64,000 bases of DNA, taken from contig JAXESU010000001.1 in NCBI GenBank assembly GCA_034115825.1, forward strand, positions 78,608 to 142,607, written 5' to 3'. The stretch comes from Bacilli bacterium. GTDB lineage: Bacteria > Bacillota_I > Bacilli_A > RFN20 > UBA1709. This document shows, one piece after another, positions 9,703 through 20,285 of this stretch. Every line of letters begins with the position of its first letter. Positions within the stretch are counted from its first letter, which is position 1. A program made the translations under genes and the position numbers. Below the pieces are notes generated by a model. That model ran no database searches and was not told the DNA's origin. It saw only the letters and a list, made by a program, of their open reading frames with translations.

Positions 9703-10239
9703 ATGGATTTACGAATTATAAAAACAAAGCAAAATATCAAAGAGGCTTTCTTTGATTTATGCAAAATAAAATCAATTGATAAAATAACAATTAAAGAATT
9801 ATCATCAAAAGCCCAAATTAATAAAGCCACCTTTTATTTACACTATAATGACATCTATGATTTGGCTGATCAAATTATGAATGAAATAGTTGAAAAAAGA
9901 ATATATGAATTAGATGAATATGTTAAATACTTTTTTACTGATCAAATTCTATTTTTAAATCGCTTTATCGATAGTTTTAATAAAGATCGAAAAACAATGG
10001 CTATGCTGATAAAAAATAACAACTATGGATATCGAACTTTTAAAAAAACCAATCAACTTATTAAGGAAAAGATTTATAATGTATCTAATTATTATAAAAC
10101 CCTTGAATCTGAAATTGCTCTTGATATCATCTTTAATAGTTTGTTCAGTCTTATTCCTATTTATATGGATAATAATCGGAATGAAGCTATTAAAGTAATG
10201 GCCTCATTTATTGAAAATGCAATCAAGAAAATAAAGTAA
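9703..10239 (+). CDS. TetR/AcrR family transcriptional regulator
   Basis: N-terminal HTH: IIKTKQNIKEAFFDLCKIKSIDKITIKELSSKAQINKATFYLHYNDIYDL. It is divergent from the ABC exporter pair. I take the ATG at 9703; the track starts at a GTG at 9694. Confidence 0.8.
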   Translation: MDLRIIKTKQNIKEAFFDLCKIKSIDKITIKELSSKAQINKATFYLHYNDIYDLADQIMNEIVEKRIYELDEYVKYFFTDQILFLNRFIDSFNKDRKTMAMLIKNNNYGYRTFKKTNQLIKEKIYNVSNYYKTLESEIALDIIFNSLFSLIPIYMDNNRNEAIKVMASFIENAIKKIK

Positions 10240-10310
10240 TCACTTTAATTGTGATTGCTTTTTTTATTATAAATATTTATAATAAAGAGGTGAAAAATAG
10301 GAGGTATAAT

Positions 10311-11375
10311 ATGTTTTTAGCTACTAATCTTCCACAAAATATTTTATGGTTAGTTTTCATTGTTACTGCAGTTGCAGTTGTTTTAACCGCAAAACAAATT
10401 TCAAAATATGTTGCTGGGATTTCAGAAAAAACTAAATTAGGTGGAGCTTTTTTAGGTTCATTTGTTTTATCTTTAGTTACTTCTATTCCCGAATTAATCT
10501 CCGGGATTACAAGTGCAGTCATTGGTTCACCTACTCTATCTTATGGTAATGTTATAGGTGTTAATATGATGACTTTAACGACTTTAGCCATCTTAGATAT
10601 TATTTTTATTAAAAAAGGATTATTTAAAAATATTTCTAAAACTAACATTTTAACCATTATTTTTGTTATTATGTTCAATATTTTATTAGGATTATCATTA
10701 TTCTTTAAATTACCTTTAGAAATCAATTTAGGTTTCACTAAAATTTCTTTATTATTCGTAGGAATGTTTATATTCTATGTTTGTTTCATCTATTATGTTT
10801 ATAAAAAGGGTGATAGTGAAAACGATCAAGATTGTGAATCAAGTGGTTGTGAAAACTTATCAACCAAAACTGTTGTAATTCGTTTCTTTGTTTTTTCAAT
10901 TCTTTTAATTGGTTTAGCAATCTTAAGTGCTAACCTTGCTGACCAAATCGCTCTTCCTGTTGAAGAAGGCGGATATGGATTAGGTCAAGCAGTCGCAGGA
11001 GCATTACTTCTTTCTATTTGTACTGGTCTTCCAGAAATTACAAGTGCTATTTCATTAGCAAAATTAGGACAAGGAAATATTGCTTTAGGAGGAATTATTG
11101 GTTCTCATTTATTTAACTATATGATTTTCTTTGTCAGTGATTTCTTCTATACGGTTAGTACAACTTTAAATATTTATTTTAAAAATCCTAGTGAAATGAT
11201 TGCTAAACAATATGATACATTAAAAGCCATGATTGTTATGGGAACTCTTTTAAGTATTTTATTATTAATTAATTCATTTAAAAAGAAAGTTAATAACAAA
11301 TTTATTTATATTATTCCTTGTATTATTATCATTGCCATTTACTTTGCTGGATGGTTTACTGGAATTCTATTCTAA
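10311..11375 (+). CDS. CaCA-family cation (Na+ or H+)/Ca2+ antiporter-like membrane protein
   Basis: Polytopic protein with two alpha-repeat-like motifs (SIPELISGITSA and TGLPEITSAISLA). The start at 10311 follows AGGAGG. Confidence 0.65.
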   Translation: MFLATNLPQNILWLVFIVTAVAVVLTAKQISKYVAGISEKTKLGGAFLGSFVLSLVTSIPELISGITSAVIGSPTLSYGNVIGVNMMTLTTLAILDIIFIKKGLFKNISKTNILTIIFVIMFNILLGLSLFFKLPLEINLGFTKISLLFVGMFIFYVCFIYYVYKKGDSENDQDCESSGCENLSTKTVVIRFFVFSILLIGLAILSANLADQIALPVEEGGYGLGQAVAGALLLSICTGLPEITSAISLAKLGQGNIALGGIIGSHLFNYMIFFVSDFFYTVSTTLNIYFKNPSEMIAKQYDTLKAMIVMGTLLSILLLINSFKKKVNNKFIYIIPCIIIIAIYFAGWFTGILF

Positions 11376-11411
11376 CAAAAAAACCTATAAGAATCCCTTA
11401 TAGGTTTTTTA
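11374..11411. terminator. bidirectional rho-independent terminator
   Basis: AAACCTATAAG / CTTATAGGTTT stem flanked by an A-run and a T-run. It lies between two convergent genes. Confidence 0.8.
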
Positions 11412-11413
11412 TT

Positions 11414-12439
11414 TTATAATTCTATTCCATTTTCTAATAATAATGCTCTACTAGTTTCTAAAGAATCAATACCTTCTTTATTTTTTATTGGAGCAAATTC
11501 TTTGTTTCGTCTAACCTCATAAATACAAACTGAATCAAAAAAGGAAATCATGTCTAAAATCAAAGTTTCAACTTTTTTCAATTTTTTAATTTCCCCATCG
11601 ACTTTAACCTCTTTAATAACGTGATATTCATGTAAGTTGTCGTTAAGATGATCATCTAACACTTTGATATTAAATAAATAATTTAAGATTACTCCATATT
11701 TATAAATATAATTACCTTTTTCATCTTTGGCATTTTTCATTTCTTCCGTTGCTTCAAAATATTCGATAATTGTTGGCTTGCCATTTCTTTTACAAATAAC
11801 ACCAACTCTTTCATCTTTATAAGCTTTTTCAATAACTTTAGCCCCCATTAAATTATTACTTGCAATTGTCGCCCCAACAAAAATTGGATCAGCCATTATT
11901 TGAAGCGGGTTATCAACTGCTACACAATTTAACCATTCAAGTGACGGATATTTGTCTAATAAATTCGTTTCTTTTAATTTTTTATACCAATCACCATTTC
12001 CACTTGGAAGTAAGACTTGTTGTCCATTCTTATCTAAATAGATATTATTATTTAAATCTAAAGCTGGTAAATGATTTTGAATGAAAAAATTAACATATTC
12101 TTGTTTATAGTTAAAGTAATTATGTTCTTTAAAAAATGCTATTATTTCATCATTATTTTCTTTACTAGTCATTATGAACAAAGGAATCCATCTTTTAACT
12201 TTATTAACTATTTTTAATAAGTTATTTATTAACAACTCAAATAAATAAACTGTTTTATTAATACCTACATCATACATGCCTTTAGCGTGGTTAAATCCTA
12301 ATCTAGATCCTTGACCACCACTTAAAATAACTACACCAACTTTTTCTTCTTTTAAAGTGTTATAGCCTATCTTTTCATATAAATCCTTGTTTTTTTCTAT
12401 CTCTTCAAGTGATAAAGCACTTATACTTTCAATATTCAT
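11414..12439 (-). CDS. UDPGP-family uridylyltransferase (UDP-sugar / UDP-GlcNAc pyrophosphorylase, eukaryote-like type)
   Basis: 341 aa. It has the LSGGQGSRLG nucleotide-binding loop, then PSGNGDWY and ...VDN, characteristic of the UDPGP family. Confidence 0.7.
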   Translation of the reverse strand: MNIESISALSLEEIEKNKDLYEKIGYNTLKEEKVGVVILSGGQGSRLGFNHAKGMYDVGINKTVYLFELLINNLLKIVNKVKRWIPLFIMTSKENNDEIIAFFKEHNYFNYKQEYVNFFIQNHLPALDLNNNIYLDKNGQQVLLPSGNGDWYKKLKETNLLDKYPSLEWLNCVAVDNPLQIMADPIFVGATIASNNLMGAKVIEKAYKDERVGVICKRNGKPTIIEYFEATEEMKNAKDEKGNYIYKYGVILNYLFNIKVLDDHLNDNLHEYHVIKEVKVDGEIKKLKKVETLILDMISFFDSVCIYEVRRNKEFAPIKNKEGIDSLETSRALLLENGIEL

Positions 12440-12505
12440 TTTTAACTCTCCTTTTAATCGGCGTTTTTTGATTATAGCATACTCACAATAAAATTACAAA
12501 AATTA

Positions 12506-12895
12506 TTATTCAATGAATTGTTTACTCAAATTTGAAACCTTGATGCAAAGATTTTCAAAAAAATTATGATCTTCCATTAACTTATTACTTACTTCTTGAT
12601 ATTCAACACTATCTTCTAAATGATCGTTATCAACAAATGATAAAAATGATTGATGAACATAATAATTACGCTTATGTTTCATCTTTTGTAATTGGTGAAT
12701 TTCATTTGATGAAAAATATTGTTTTTCTTTCATTAAACCTACCATTTGTCCAAGTGATAAATTATTGATATCACTATATTGAACATAAAAATTATTACTT
12801 GTAATACTTGTATATATAATTTTTAAATCTCTTTCAATTACTTGAAAGTACATTATTAACTCTCCAATGTATAAATAAAATTGTTCTAATGACAT
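12506..12895 (-). CDS. small hypothetical protein with HEPN-like R-N-x3-H motif
   Basis: ~129 aa and predicted helical. It contains KHKRNYYVHQSF, which fits the Rx4H HEPN signature with Asn after Arg. The start at 12895 follows GGTGGA; the track ORF extends to 12928. Confidence 0.4.
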   Translation of the reverse strand: MSLEQFYLYIGELIMYFQVIERDLKIIYTSITSNNFYVQYSDINNLSLGQMVGLMKEKQYFSSNEIHQLQKMKHKRNYYVHQSFLSFVDNDHLEDSVEYQEVSNKLMEDHNFFENLCIKVSNLSKQFIE

Positions 12896-13016
12896 ATATT
12901 GTATCCACCTTTTTTTTAATACTATCACAGATTTCTTTTTTTAAAAATAGGAGAAAATGTTTTTCATATTAAATAATAAAAAAAGGTGAGATTTTCTCAC
13001 CTTTTAAGCAACTTAA

Positions 13017-14048
13017 TTATTCAATATATAATTCCATTGGATATGTTAAATATTTAATTTCATCTAATTGATCACAAGTAACATATCCTGGTTCTGCCAC
13101 TAACAATGATGGAATACGATTAACAATTGTTGCACAAGTATGTTCTACTGTAGCAGGTTTTACAACATGATATTCAACATTTGGTTCACCAATAATTTGC
13201 CAATCACACATATCACCATCGTTTACATCATATACTTTACCAATTGTTTCTTCTTCAATTGTAATGCCTTGGAATGTTTCGATAGTAACAACAGCAGACA
13301 TACCAATACAATTTCCTTTTTTAATCGTCTTATTTAATGTAGCACTGTAAATATCTTTATCTAAAACGCATGGAACATGTTTTTGACTAATTGATTTAAT
13401 TGTTAAACCGAGTTTTGAAACAATTGCTTCACTAGCATTCCAAGCATATGATGGTTCATCTACTTCTGGATGAGCAATTTCTTTTTCAAATTGTTCAACA
13501 GTTAAATCACAGCCATGGGCTTTAGCAAGTGCTAAACCATATTCATCAACATTATAAGAATATGCCCCTTTAATTTTAGTAATCTTATGACATCCTGCAG
13601 CTGCTAATGCAACCATATTAATCCAGAAAATATCTTGCATACCTGAACCAGTTACGCTACAACCATATTCTTTAGCTAGTTTATCAATTTTATTTGTTAA
13701 AGCTGCCGAAGTTGTCCATGGGTCAATAGCTTCTTCACAAGTAGTAATAACATTGATCCCTCTTTTTACACATTTTTCGACGTGTGGATAAATATCATTC
13801 ATAAAACTAAATAAAGTAACAATTGCAACATCTGCATCACATTCATCTAACACTTTATCAGCATCATTTGAAATTAGAACGCCTGTTTTTACTCCTAAAC
13901 CAGCAAAATCACCGACATCCATCCCTAAAATTTCTTCATTAACATCAATCGCACCGACAATTTGTGCTCCTTTTTCGTGTAGATATCTTAAAATATATTT
14001 AGACATCTTACCACAACCATATTGAACGACCTTAATTTTTCTTTTCAT
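13017..14048 (-). CDS. NAD(P)-binding oxidoreductase, DapB-like / 2,4-diaminopentanoate (amine) dehydrogenase family
   Basis: 343 aa with an N-terminal Rossmann motif ([13 protein letters not shown]). The overall layout resembles the DapB-like amine dehydrogenase family. This is recognised from memory only. Confidence 0.5.
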   Translation of the reverse strand: MKRKIKVVQYGCGKMSKYILRYLHEKGAQIVGAIDVNEEILGMDVGDFAGLGVKTGVLISNDADKVLDECDADVAIVTLFSFMNDIYPHVEKCVKRGINVITTCEEAIDPWTTSAALTNKIDKLAKEYGCSVTGSGMQDIFWINMVALAAAGCHKITKIKGAYSYNVDEYGLALAKAHGCDLTVEQFEKEIAHPEVDEPSYAWNASEAIVSKLGLTIKSISQKHVPCVLDKDIYSATLNKTIKKGNCIGMSAVVTIETFQGITIEEETIGKVYDVNDGDMCDWQIIGEPNVEYHVVKPATVEHTCATIVNRIPSLLVAEPGYVTCDQLDEIKYLTYPMELYIE

Positions 14049-14112
14049 TATTATTTTTCCTCCTTGTTTATATTTATATTTTAAGGTCTATTCTAAGATT
14101 AGAGTCAATATA

Positions 14113-14946
14113 TTAAAATTTAACTGGCACTTGTAATTTTAAATACATTTGATGTTCATCTTTATTAAAGACATTAAACTCTGTCAAAATTTCACATATA
14201 TAATCGCCATTAATTTGATATCCATTTTGCTTACAATAATCTTTTAATTTTTTGGCATAAATAATTTCTTCATCAAAATTATCTAAATAGATACATGCAT
14301 ACATCCCTGAATCAATAATTTTAGTTTCATTAATATATTCAAAATGAGAATCAACAAAAATAAATATTTCATGAGGTACATAGTTATCTTTTTTAAAATC
14401 TAATTTAGTAATATTAGTGCCTACATTATAAGAATGAACTTGATAAACACCTTTATTGATTAAACTTGATCGAAATTTTGAGAGCTGTTGTTCAAAATCT
14501 TCTAATCCTTTTAAATAGAAATTTGATTTACACAAATAACTATAAATATATCTTCTTTCAATATATTCTAAAGTTATTATCCCTTTAGTTGGTGATTTTC
14601 GATATTTTTCAATACTATCTATCGTTCTTATTACCGCTTCTTTTTGAGCTTTAAGTTTATCAATCTCTTGATAAATTTGTTCTTTTTTTCTTGATAAAAT
14701 ATCTTCAATGATCATAATATCTTCTTTCTTAAAAACTTCAATAATTTCTTCAAGACTCATCCCCAACTCTTTCATATAAATAATCATATCTAATTTATAA
14801 TTTTGTTTAATCGTGTAATAGCGATAATTTGTCACATTATCAATATAAGCGGGTTTTAATAAACCAATCTTATCATAAAGTCGTAAAGTCGCAATCGTTG
14901 TTTTGTTAATTTCCGCCATTTTACCAATAGGAATTAAATTATTCAT
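14113..14946 (-). CDS. MerR-family transcriptional regulator with GyrI-like effector domain (BmrR-like)
   Basis: N-terminal IGKMAEINKTTIATLRLYDKIGLLKP HTH, then a coiled coil and a ~150-aa C-terminal ligand-binding-like domain. The ATG at 14946 follows GGGGTGA. Confidence 0.75.
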   Translation of the reverse strand: MNNLIPIGKMAEINKTTIATLRLYDKIGLLKPAYIDNVTNYRYYTIKQNYKLDMIIYMKELGMSLEEIIEVFKKEDIMIIEDILSRKKEQIYQEIDKLKAQKEAVIRTIDSIEKYRKSPTKGIITLEYIERRYIYSYLCKSNFYLKGLEDFEQQLSKFRSSLINKGVYQVHSYNVGTNITKLDFKKDNYVPHEIFIFVDSHFEYINETKIIDSGMYACIYLDNFDEEIIYAKKLKDYCKQNGYQINGDYICEILTEFNVFNKDEHQMYLKLQVPVKF

Positions 14947-15091
14947 TATTGTCACCCCTTATAATTAGTGATAAAAATCACAAAGAACTCTAATATTAAA
15001 TAGAGTTATTTGTTAATATTTTAACTAATATACCAAATATTTCACAATACTATAATATCATAAAAAAAGAAGACATATCTAGTCTTCTTAA

Positions 15092-16021
15092 TTAAAATAA
15101 TGTAAGTTGTTCTTCTTTTAGACGATAGCTATATTGTTTTGCTTCAATTATTTCATCATCTTTTTCTATCTTACCAATCAATAAAGGGGAATTATCATCG
15201 TGATATTTAACTCTTTTTAATACTTCATCTTTAGAATAATTTGCATAGCAATAAGAACAAAAATGAAGACAACTATTATATTCACCAATATCATTACCCA
15301 TAAAGCAATTACATTCTTTACGAACACAAATTTTCGGTAATTTTAATTTATATGGAATCGCTTTTTTAAAAACATCTTCACTTTTACATCCATTAACAAT
15401 TAAACCATATTGGGCTAATTCACTACCTTCGCCACAACTTATTAGTTTCATTCCATTTGCTTTAGCAATTTGATAAAATGATTTTGCTAAGATAATTTGC
15501 TCTTCTTTAGTTGGTGGATTTAAAGATGGGGCATTTTTAATTACTTTGGGGTATAAATCTAAAAAACTAATAACACACGTATCAGTATAATTTTTTAGTT
15601 TTGATGCAATGTAATTAAATTTGTTAATATGATAATCTACATCATATTTTTTGTTAATTAGTATTGGATCATAACGCCAGCCAATAAAACTTTTAGGCAA
15701 TTTTTTTCTTAATTCGATAAAACTATCAATTACATTATCAATATACGGGACATTTAACTCAATATCTTTTTCATATGGAGTAATGGTTACATACCAAACC
15801 ATATTATAATCTTTTAAATATTCTAAGTATTCTAACATCGGTTGAGGATTTTTTGTACAAAAATCAATACAATCAACCACTTCCGGATTTAAAAGATACT
15901 TACTTATTTGCTTAGGATTATAAGGATTTCTTACACAAACATATCCCTCTTTAATTCGATTGATAAACCATTTAGCATAAAAAGCAGGAATATCCGTTCG
16001 CATACCTGTATTAATAATCAT
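15092..16021 (-). CDS. DUF1848 domain protein (Cys-cluster protein linked to DNA repair genes)
   Basis: MIINTGMRTDIPAFYAKWFINRIKEGYV... plus a C-terminal cysteine cluster, CNCFMGNDIGEYNSCLHFCSYCYAN. It overlaps the tag stop by 11 nt. Confidence 0.6.
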   Translation of the reverse strand: MIINTGMRTDIPAFYAKWFINRIKEGYVCVRNPYNPKQISKYLLNPEVVDCIDFCTKNPQPMLEYLEYLKDYNMVWYVTITPYEKDIELNVPYIDNVIDSFIELRKKLPKSFIGWRYDPILINKKYDVDYHINKFNYIASKLKNYTDTCVISFLDLYPKVIKNAPSLNPPTKEEQIILAKSFYQIAKANGMKLISCGEGSELAQYGLIVNGCKSEDVFKKAIPYKLKLPKICVRKECNCFMGNDIGEYNSCLHFCSYCYANYSKDEVLKRVKYHDDNSPLLIGKIEKDDEIIEAKQYSYRLKEEQLTLF

Positions 16022-16553
16022 AACATTTAAAACATCCTGGTTCGTGTGAATTAATAATCCCAATCGCCTGAAGATAAGAATAAATAATTGTTGAGCCTAC
16101 AAATTTCATCCCTCTTTTTATTAAATCATTTGATATATTATCGGATATTTTAGATGTAGTTTTATCATATTCATAGATGATATTAGAACCACAGAATGAA
16201 ACTAAATAGCGATAAAACGAGCCATACTCTTCAACGATTTCACTAAATATTTTTGCATTATCAATACTTGCTTTAATTTTTAGTTTATTACGAATAATAT
16301 CTTTATTGTTAATTAATTGATTAATTTTGTTTTCATCATATAAACAAACTTTATTAATATCAAAGTTATCATACGCTTTTTTAAAAGCATCTCTTTTATT
16401 TAAAATACATTCCCAAGATAGTCCAGCTTGAAACGATTCTAAAATTAACATTTCAAATAAATATTGATCATCAATCCGTAATACGCCCCACTCTTCGTCA
16501 TGATATTTAACATATAAAGGATTTTTTAAATTACACCATTTGCATCTATTCAT
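16011..16553 (-). CDS. tag: DNA-3-methyladenine glycosylase I
   Basis: MNRCKWCNLKNPLYVKYHDEEWGV..., with FEMLILESFQAGLSW and a length of 180 aa, typical of Tag. Confidence 0.9.
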   Translation of the reverse strand: MNRCKWCNLKNPLYVKYHDEEWGVLRIDDQYLFEMLILESFQAGLSWECILNKRDAFKKAYDNFDINKVCLYDENKINQLINNKDIIRNKLKIKASIDNAKIFSEIVEEYGSFYRYLVSFCGSNIIYEYDKTTSKISDNISNDLIKRGMKFVGSTIIYSYLQAIGIINSHEPGCFKCYDY

Positions 16554-17092
16554 AATTTATTTCCTTTCTTTGGACGATAAAATTTACTCATGTCATTATT
16601 TTCTAATTCTAATAATTTACATTTAACATCAATTCCACATCCAAAACCAACTAAATTACCATTAACACCAATAACTCGATGGCAAGGGATAATTAGTAGT
16701 ATCGGATTAGAACCAACAGCTCTTCCAATAGCTTGGCAAGACATTTTTTTAATACCTCGCTTTTCACTTATTTTCATAGCAATACTTTTATAAGTATTCA
16801 CTTCTCCATAAGGAATATCTTTAACAATATCTAACACTTCTTTTTGAAAATTAGTTACATTAATAAGTTTAATAGGAGGAGTAAATGATGGATTAACTCC
16901 TTTAAAGTATATGTTTAACCATTCGATTGTTTGCTTAAATATCGGTAATTCTTTAACTACATAATCTTTTTGATCAAAATTATTATTCAAAGACAAACCT
17001 ATTAGATTTTCTCCATCACTCAGTAATACCAATTTACCGATAGGAGAAAAATATTCTTTTAAATAATTCATCATTATCACCTGATCTTTCAT
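16550..17092 (-). CDS. ogt: methylated-DNA--protein-cysteine methyltransferase
   Basis: Active-site motif IPCHRVIG and the YGEVNTYKSIA DNA-binding region. It overlaps tag by 4 nt. An alternative start at the ATG near 17071 follows AGGTGA. Confidence 0.9.
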   Translation of the reverse strand: MKDQVIMMNYLKEYFSPIGKLVLLSDGENLIGLSLNNNFDQKDYVVKELPIFKQTIEWLNIYFKGVNPSFTPPIKLINVTNFQKEVLDIVKDIPYGEVNTYKSIAMKISEKRGIKKMSCQAIGRAVGSNPILLIIPCHRVIGVNGNLVGFGCGIDVKCKLLELENNDMSKFYRPKKGNKL

Positions 17093-17271
17093 TTAAATAT
17101 TATAAATGCATAACAATCAATATCTCTATCCATCTTAAATCCTAATGATTTATAAATATTTTTCTACTACTAATTATATATTAAACAATTTATTTATTTC
17201 AACTTAATAAAGTTGTGATGAATTATATTATTAACATTCATCCATTTATTAAAAAATTCATTATAAACTTT

Positions 17272-18504
17272 TTATAATGAATTAATTATATTATTGTTGT
17301 ATTTGAGCATTACATCTTTATTTGAACTATCGTAAAGAACATTCTCACTTTTTTTACATTTAATATCTTCTAGTATTTTAGATGAATCTTTTAGAATTAT
17401 ATCTTCACTTTCAAAAAACAGTCTCGTATTCTTATTATTTGTATGTGTTATTTTAGCATGTGTATAACCATCAATATAAAGCATATTTTCCCAAACATCT
17501 AATGCTAAGAATTCGTTTCTATCTCTAGCTGTTAATAAAGGTACAATATGATGTAGTTCAAATCCAACTTGTTTATTAATTTTATGCTTTTCAAAATACT
17601 TATGCTTTTCAGCGATTGAACGTTTTAATTTTACATCATCTAAATATAAACCACTATTGCCAATCCTAATAATCAATTTATCTTTTACCAATTCATAAAA
17701 CACTGTTTGATTCATTAACATAAATATTTGTTGTGATTCGTTTTTCCAATTATGGAAATCTCTTTTATTTTTTTTATTACCAGCAAATTTTTGTGGATTA
17801 CAATAATTACTAATTATGTCATTAATTGCTTTTTTTTGAATATTACTCAAACTGCGATACTCTTTTAAAAGATCTACTAATTCAGTTCTTGTATATGTAT
17901 GTCCATTAAGTTCTAAACCAATAAAAGAAATAAAATACATAAATTCATATATAGTAATACACCCATTCATTGATACAATATCTAATAATTCATTTGCCAA
18001 TCCATTAGTTAACCTATCTATTGCTTTACTATAAAGTAATGTTTTTTGAAATACTTTATCAATATTGTTAACAAATTCTAACCCTAATTTTGATAATGCT
18101 ATATAATAGACTGCTTTTCTTTCATTTAAACCTATCATAGTACCATATTTATCAAATCTTTCTATTAATCCCATTCTATTAAGATCTACGAACAAATTTT
18201 TTCGTACCGAATCTTGTGTGCACCTACCAATTTTTTTAACTAAAGAATTTACATAATTTGCATATATCTCCTCTTCTTTATAATTATAACTTCTTTTGCT
18301 CAAATCTGTTGTTCTAATTCGCATTTTTTCCATACCAATATGATTCTTAATCTCTTCTAACATAATTGAAACGATATTCATATCATACCTATTATGTTGG
18401 GATATTTGTATTCCTCTATAATTTGGTGATAAAACCCTTTGTGCTAAAAATAATAGACATTTTTTGCTAGGATCAATATTTTTTAAATCATTTATCAATG
18501 TCAT
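17272..18504 (-). CDS. restriction endonuclease candidate with C-terminal HNH nuclease motif
   Basis: 410 aa. The C-terminal FELHHIVPLLTARDRNEFLALDVWENMLYIDGYTHAKITH fits H-N-H. It is translationally coupled (17-nt overlap) to two upstream DNA methyltransferases. Confidence 0.7.
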   Translation of the reverse strand: MTLINDLKNIDPSKKCLLFLAQRVLSPNYRGIQISQHNRYDMNIVSIMLEEIKNHIGMEKMRIRTTDLSKRSYNYKEEEIYANYVNSLVKKIGRCTQDSVRKNLFVDLNRMGLIERFDKYGTMIGLNERKAVYYIALSKLGLEFVNNIDKVFQKTLLYSKAIDRLTNGLANELLDIVSMNGCITIYEFMYFISFIGLELNGHTYTRTELVDLLKEYRSLSNIQKKAINDIISNYCNPQKFAGNKKNKRDFHNWKNESQQIFMLMNQTVFYELVKDKLIIRIGNSGLYLDDVKLKRSIAEKHKYFEKHKINKQVGFELHHIVPLLTARDRNEFLALDVWENMLYIDGYTHAKITHTNNKNTRLFFESEDIILKDSSKILEDIKCKKSENVLYDSSNKDVMLKYNNNIINSL

Positions 18505-19261
18505 ATTTTAACCTCTCTTCAATTATTTTTATATATTCAGGATTACTTTCACAACCAGTAAAATTTCTGTTATTTTTTTGAGCAACATATGCTGTTGTTC
18601 CTGTTCCACTAAATAAATCTAAAACAACATCGTTTTCATTAGAACTAGCTAAAATCATTCTTTCAATTAATGCCTCTGGTTTTGGAGTAGGATGCTTTTG
18701 TTTAACAGTTTTCCCATTTTCTTTATTAGTCAATCTAACAGAAGTATAATTCCATACATCTGCACATAACTTACCTTTAGAATTTGGAAACCATCTTTTA
18801 CCATTTTTAAGAATGCCTTTTTTACGAGCTGCTTCTATTCTTTCAGATGAACTATATGATTCACGTATTTCATCATAATTAAAAGTATATTTGTTTGTTT
18901 TAGTAAAAAATAATATTGTTTCTTGATTATTAACATATTTTCTTTTGCAAGAACTAAATCCATCTCTTTTATACCATATAATCCAATTACGATATTTCAT
19001 ACCTATTTTTTCTAACATTAACAAAATATAAGCACTATTTCTTGCAGTATTAAAAATATATAATGATCCATTAGATTTTAATTTTTTAAATACTATTTCA
19101 AGGTATCTTTCTGTAAAATCTAAGAATTTTTCAAATGATGAGAATTGGTCCCATTCACCTTGATTTAAGTTGTAAGGGGGATCAATTATTGCCAAATCAA
19201 TTGACTCGTCTTCTAATTTATCTAAATAATCGAAAACATCTGATAATTCAATTTTATTCAT
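18488..19261 (-). CDS. beta-class N6-adenine (or N4-cytosine) DNA methyltransferase, DPPY type
   Basis: Motif IV IIDPPYNL precedes motif I VLDLFSGTGTTAYVA, the beta-class order of the N6_N4_Mtase family. I take the start MNKIELS after AGGTGA. Confidence 0.85.
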   Translation of the reverse strand: MNKIELSDVFDYLDKLEDESIDLAIIDPPYNLNQGEWDQFSSFEKFLDFTERYLEIVFKKLKSNGSLYIFNTARNSAYILLMLEKIGMKYRNWIIWYKRDGFSSCKRKYVNNQETILFFTKTNKYTFNYDEIRESYSSSERIEAARKKGILKNGKRWFPNSKGKLCADVWNYTSVRLTNKENGKTVKQKHPTPKPEALIERMILASSNENDVVLDLFSGTGTTAYVAQKNNRNFTGCESNPEYIKIIEERLKYDIDK

Positions 19262-20108
19262 TTGAATCACCTAAGCTTTCTAATTTCTTAAAAATTACAT
19301 TTTTATATGAGTCATACAACTCATAACCAACATAATTTCTTCCTTCTGCTTTAGCAACTTTTAAAGTTGTCCCACTACCAGCAAATGGATCTAATACAAT
19401 TCCATTTTTAAATGAATAGAGTTTTATGCATCTTCTCGCAATTTCTTCTGGCATAATAGCTGAATGTATACCAAAAGCTATATCACTTTTATTAGGAATT
19501 GGAATATTCCAAATTTGTTTAGTAAATTCAACCCATTCTTTTTTACTCAATTTACTTTCTTCTTTAGTTTTCTTATCTATACTAGAAGGTTTTCCATCTT
19601 TTACAAAAACAGTAATAAATTCAATCGTATTTTGAGCATAAAAATTACAAGGATATGGATATGACCCAAACATTAATTTTTTAGTAGAATTAGTCCTATT
19701 CCAAATATAAATATCCATTAAAAACAAATTCGTTTTTTTCAATATAGAGTTTTGAATTGAACTTTGAATATCAAAAATATGTCTATTGTAATGTGTATTT
19801 AAATCTTTTTTTAGCATTGGCATTAATGGGACATTAACACATAATTTTCCATTTGGTTTTAGTACTCTAAAACATTCTTTCCAAACCTTAATTAATCTAT
19901 TTATATATGTGTTAAAAGAATCAATATTTCCCAAATCATCATCCATAGAATGAGTAATAACTTTTTTTTGATAACCATCCATAAAATAATCTTTCACATT
20001 AAAATATGGTGGGGATGTTATTATTAAATCAACACTATCATCCGGTATTTCTTTCATTTTCTCAGAACTCTTAAAATAAACTTTATTAAACCAATTTGTG
20101 CATTTCAT
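19254..20108 (-). CDS. beta-class N4-cytosine/N6-adenine DNA methyltransferase, SPPY type
   Basis: Motif IV LIITSPPYFN precedes motif I VLDPFAGSGTTLKVA. It is the first gene of the M-M-R operon. Confidence 0.85.
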   Translation of the reverse strand: MKCTNWFNKVYFKSSEKMKEIPDDSVDLIITSPPYFNVKDYFMDGYQKKVITHSMDDDLGNIDSFNTYINRLIKVWKECFRVLKPNGKLCVNVPLMPMLKKDLNTHYNRHIFDIQSSIQNSILKKTNLFLMDIYIWNRTNSTKKLMFGSYPYPCNFYAQNTIEFITVFVKDGKPSSIDKKTKEESKLSKKEWVEFTKQIWNIPIPNKSDIAFGIHSAIMPEEIARRCIKLYSFKNGIVLDPFAGSGTTLKVAKAEGRNYVGYELYDSYKNVIFKKLESLGDSNE

Positions 20109-20285
20109 AGTCCAAAAATCAATGATTTTGTACTGATAATATGTTATGATATATAAGAAAAAAAAGAACTAAAATGTTGAAAATTTGATACTTTTTAGTA
20201 ATTTACGAAAGGTTTACTTTTTGGTCAAAATTATTTTAAACCACCATATTTATATTAAAATATATAATTATAGGAGGAAGTAAAA

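Noticed and set aside
20109-20285. Invertible promoter (hix-like sites) between the recombinase and the R-M operon
   Set aside because: I found no pair of inverted repeats flanking this intergenic region. The string AAAGGTTTACTTTTTGGTCAAAA only loosely resembles hix half-sites and has no partner copy that I could find.
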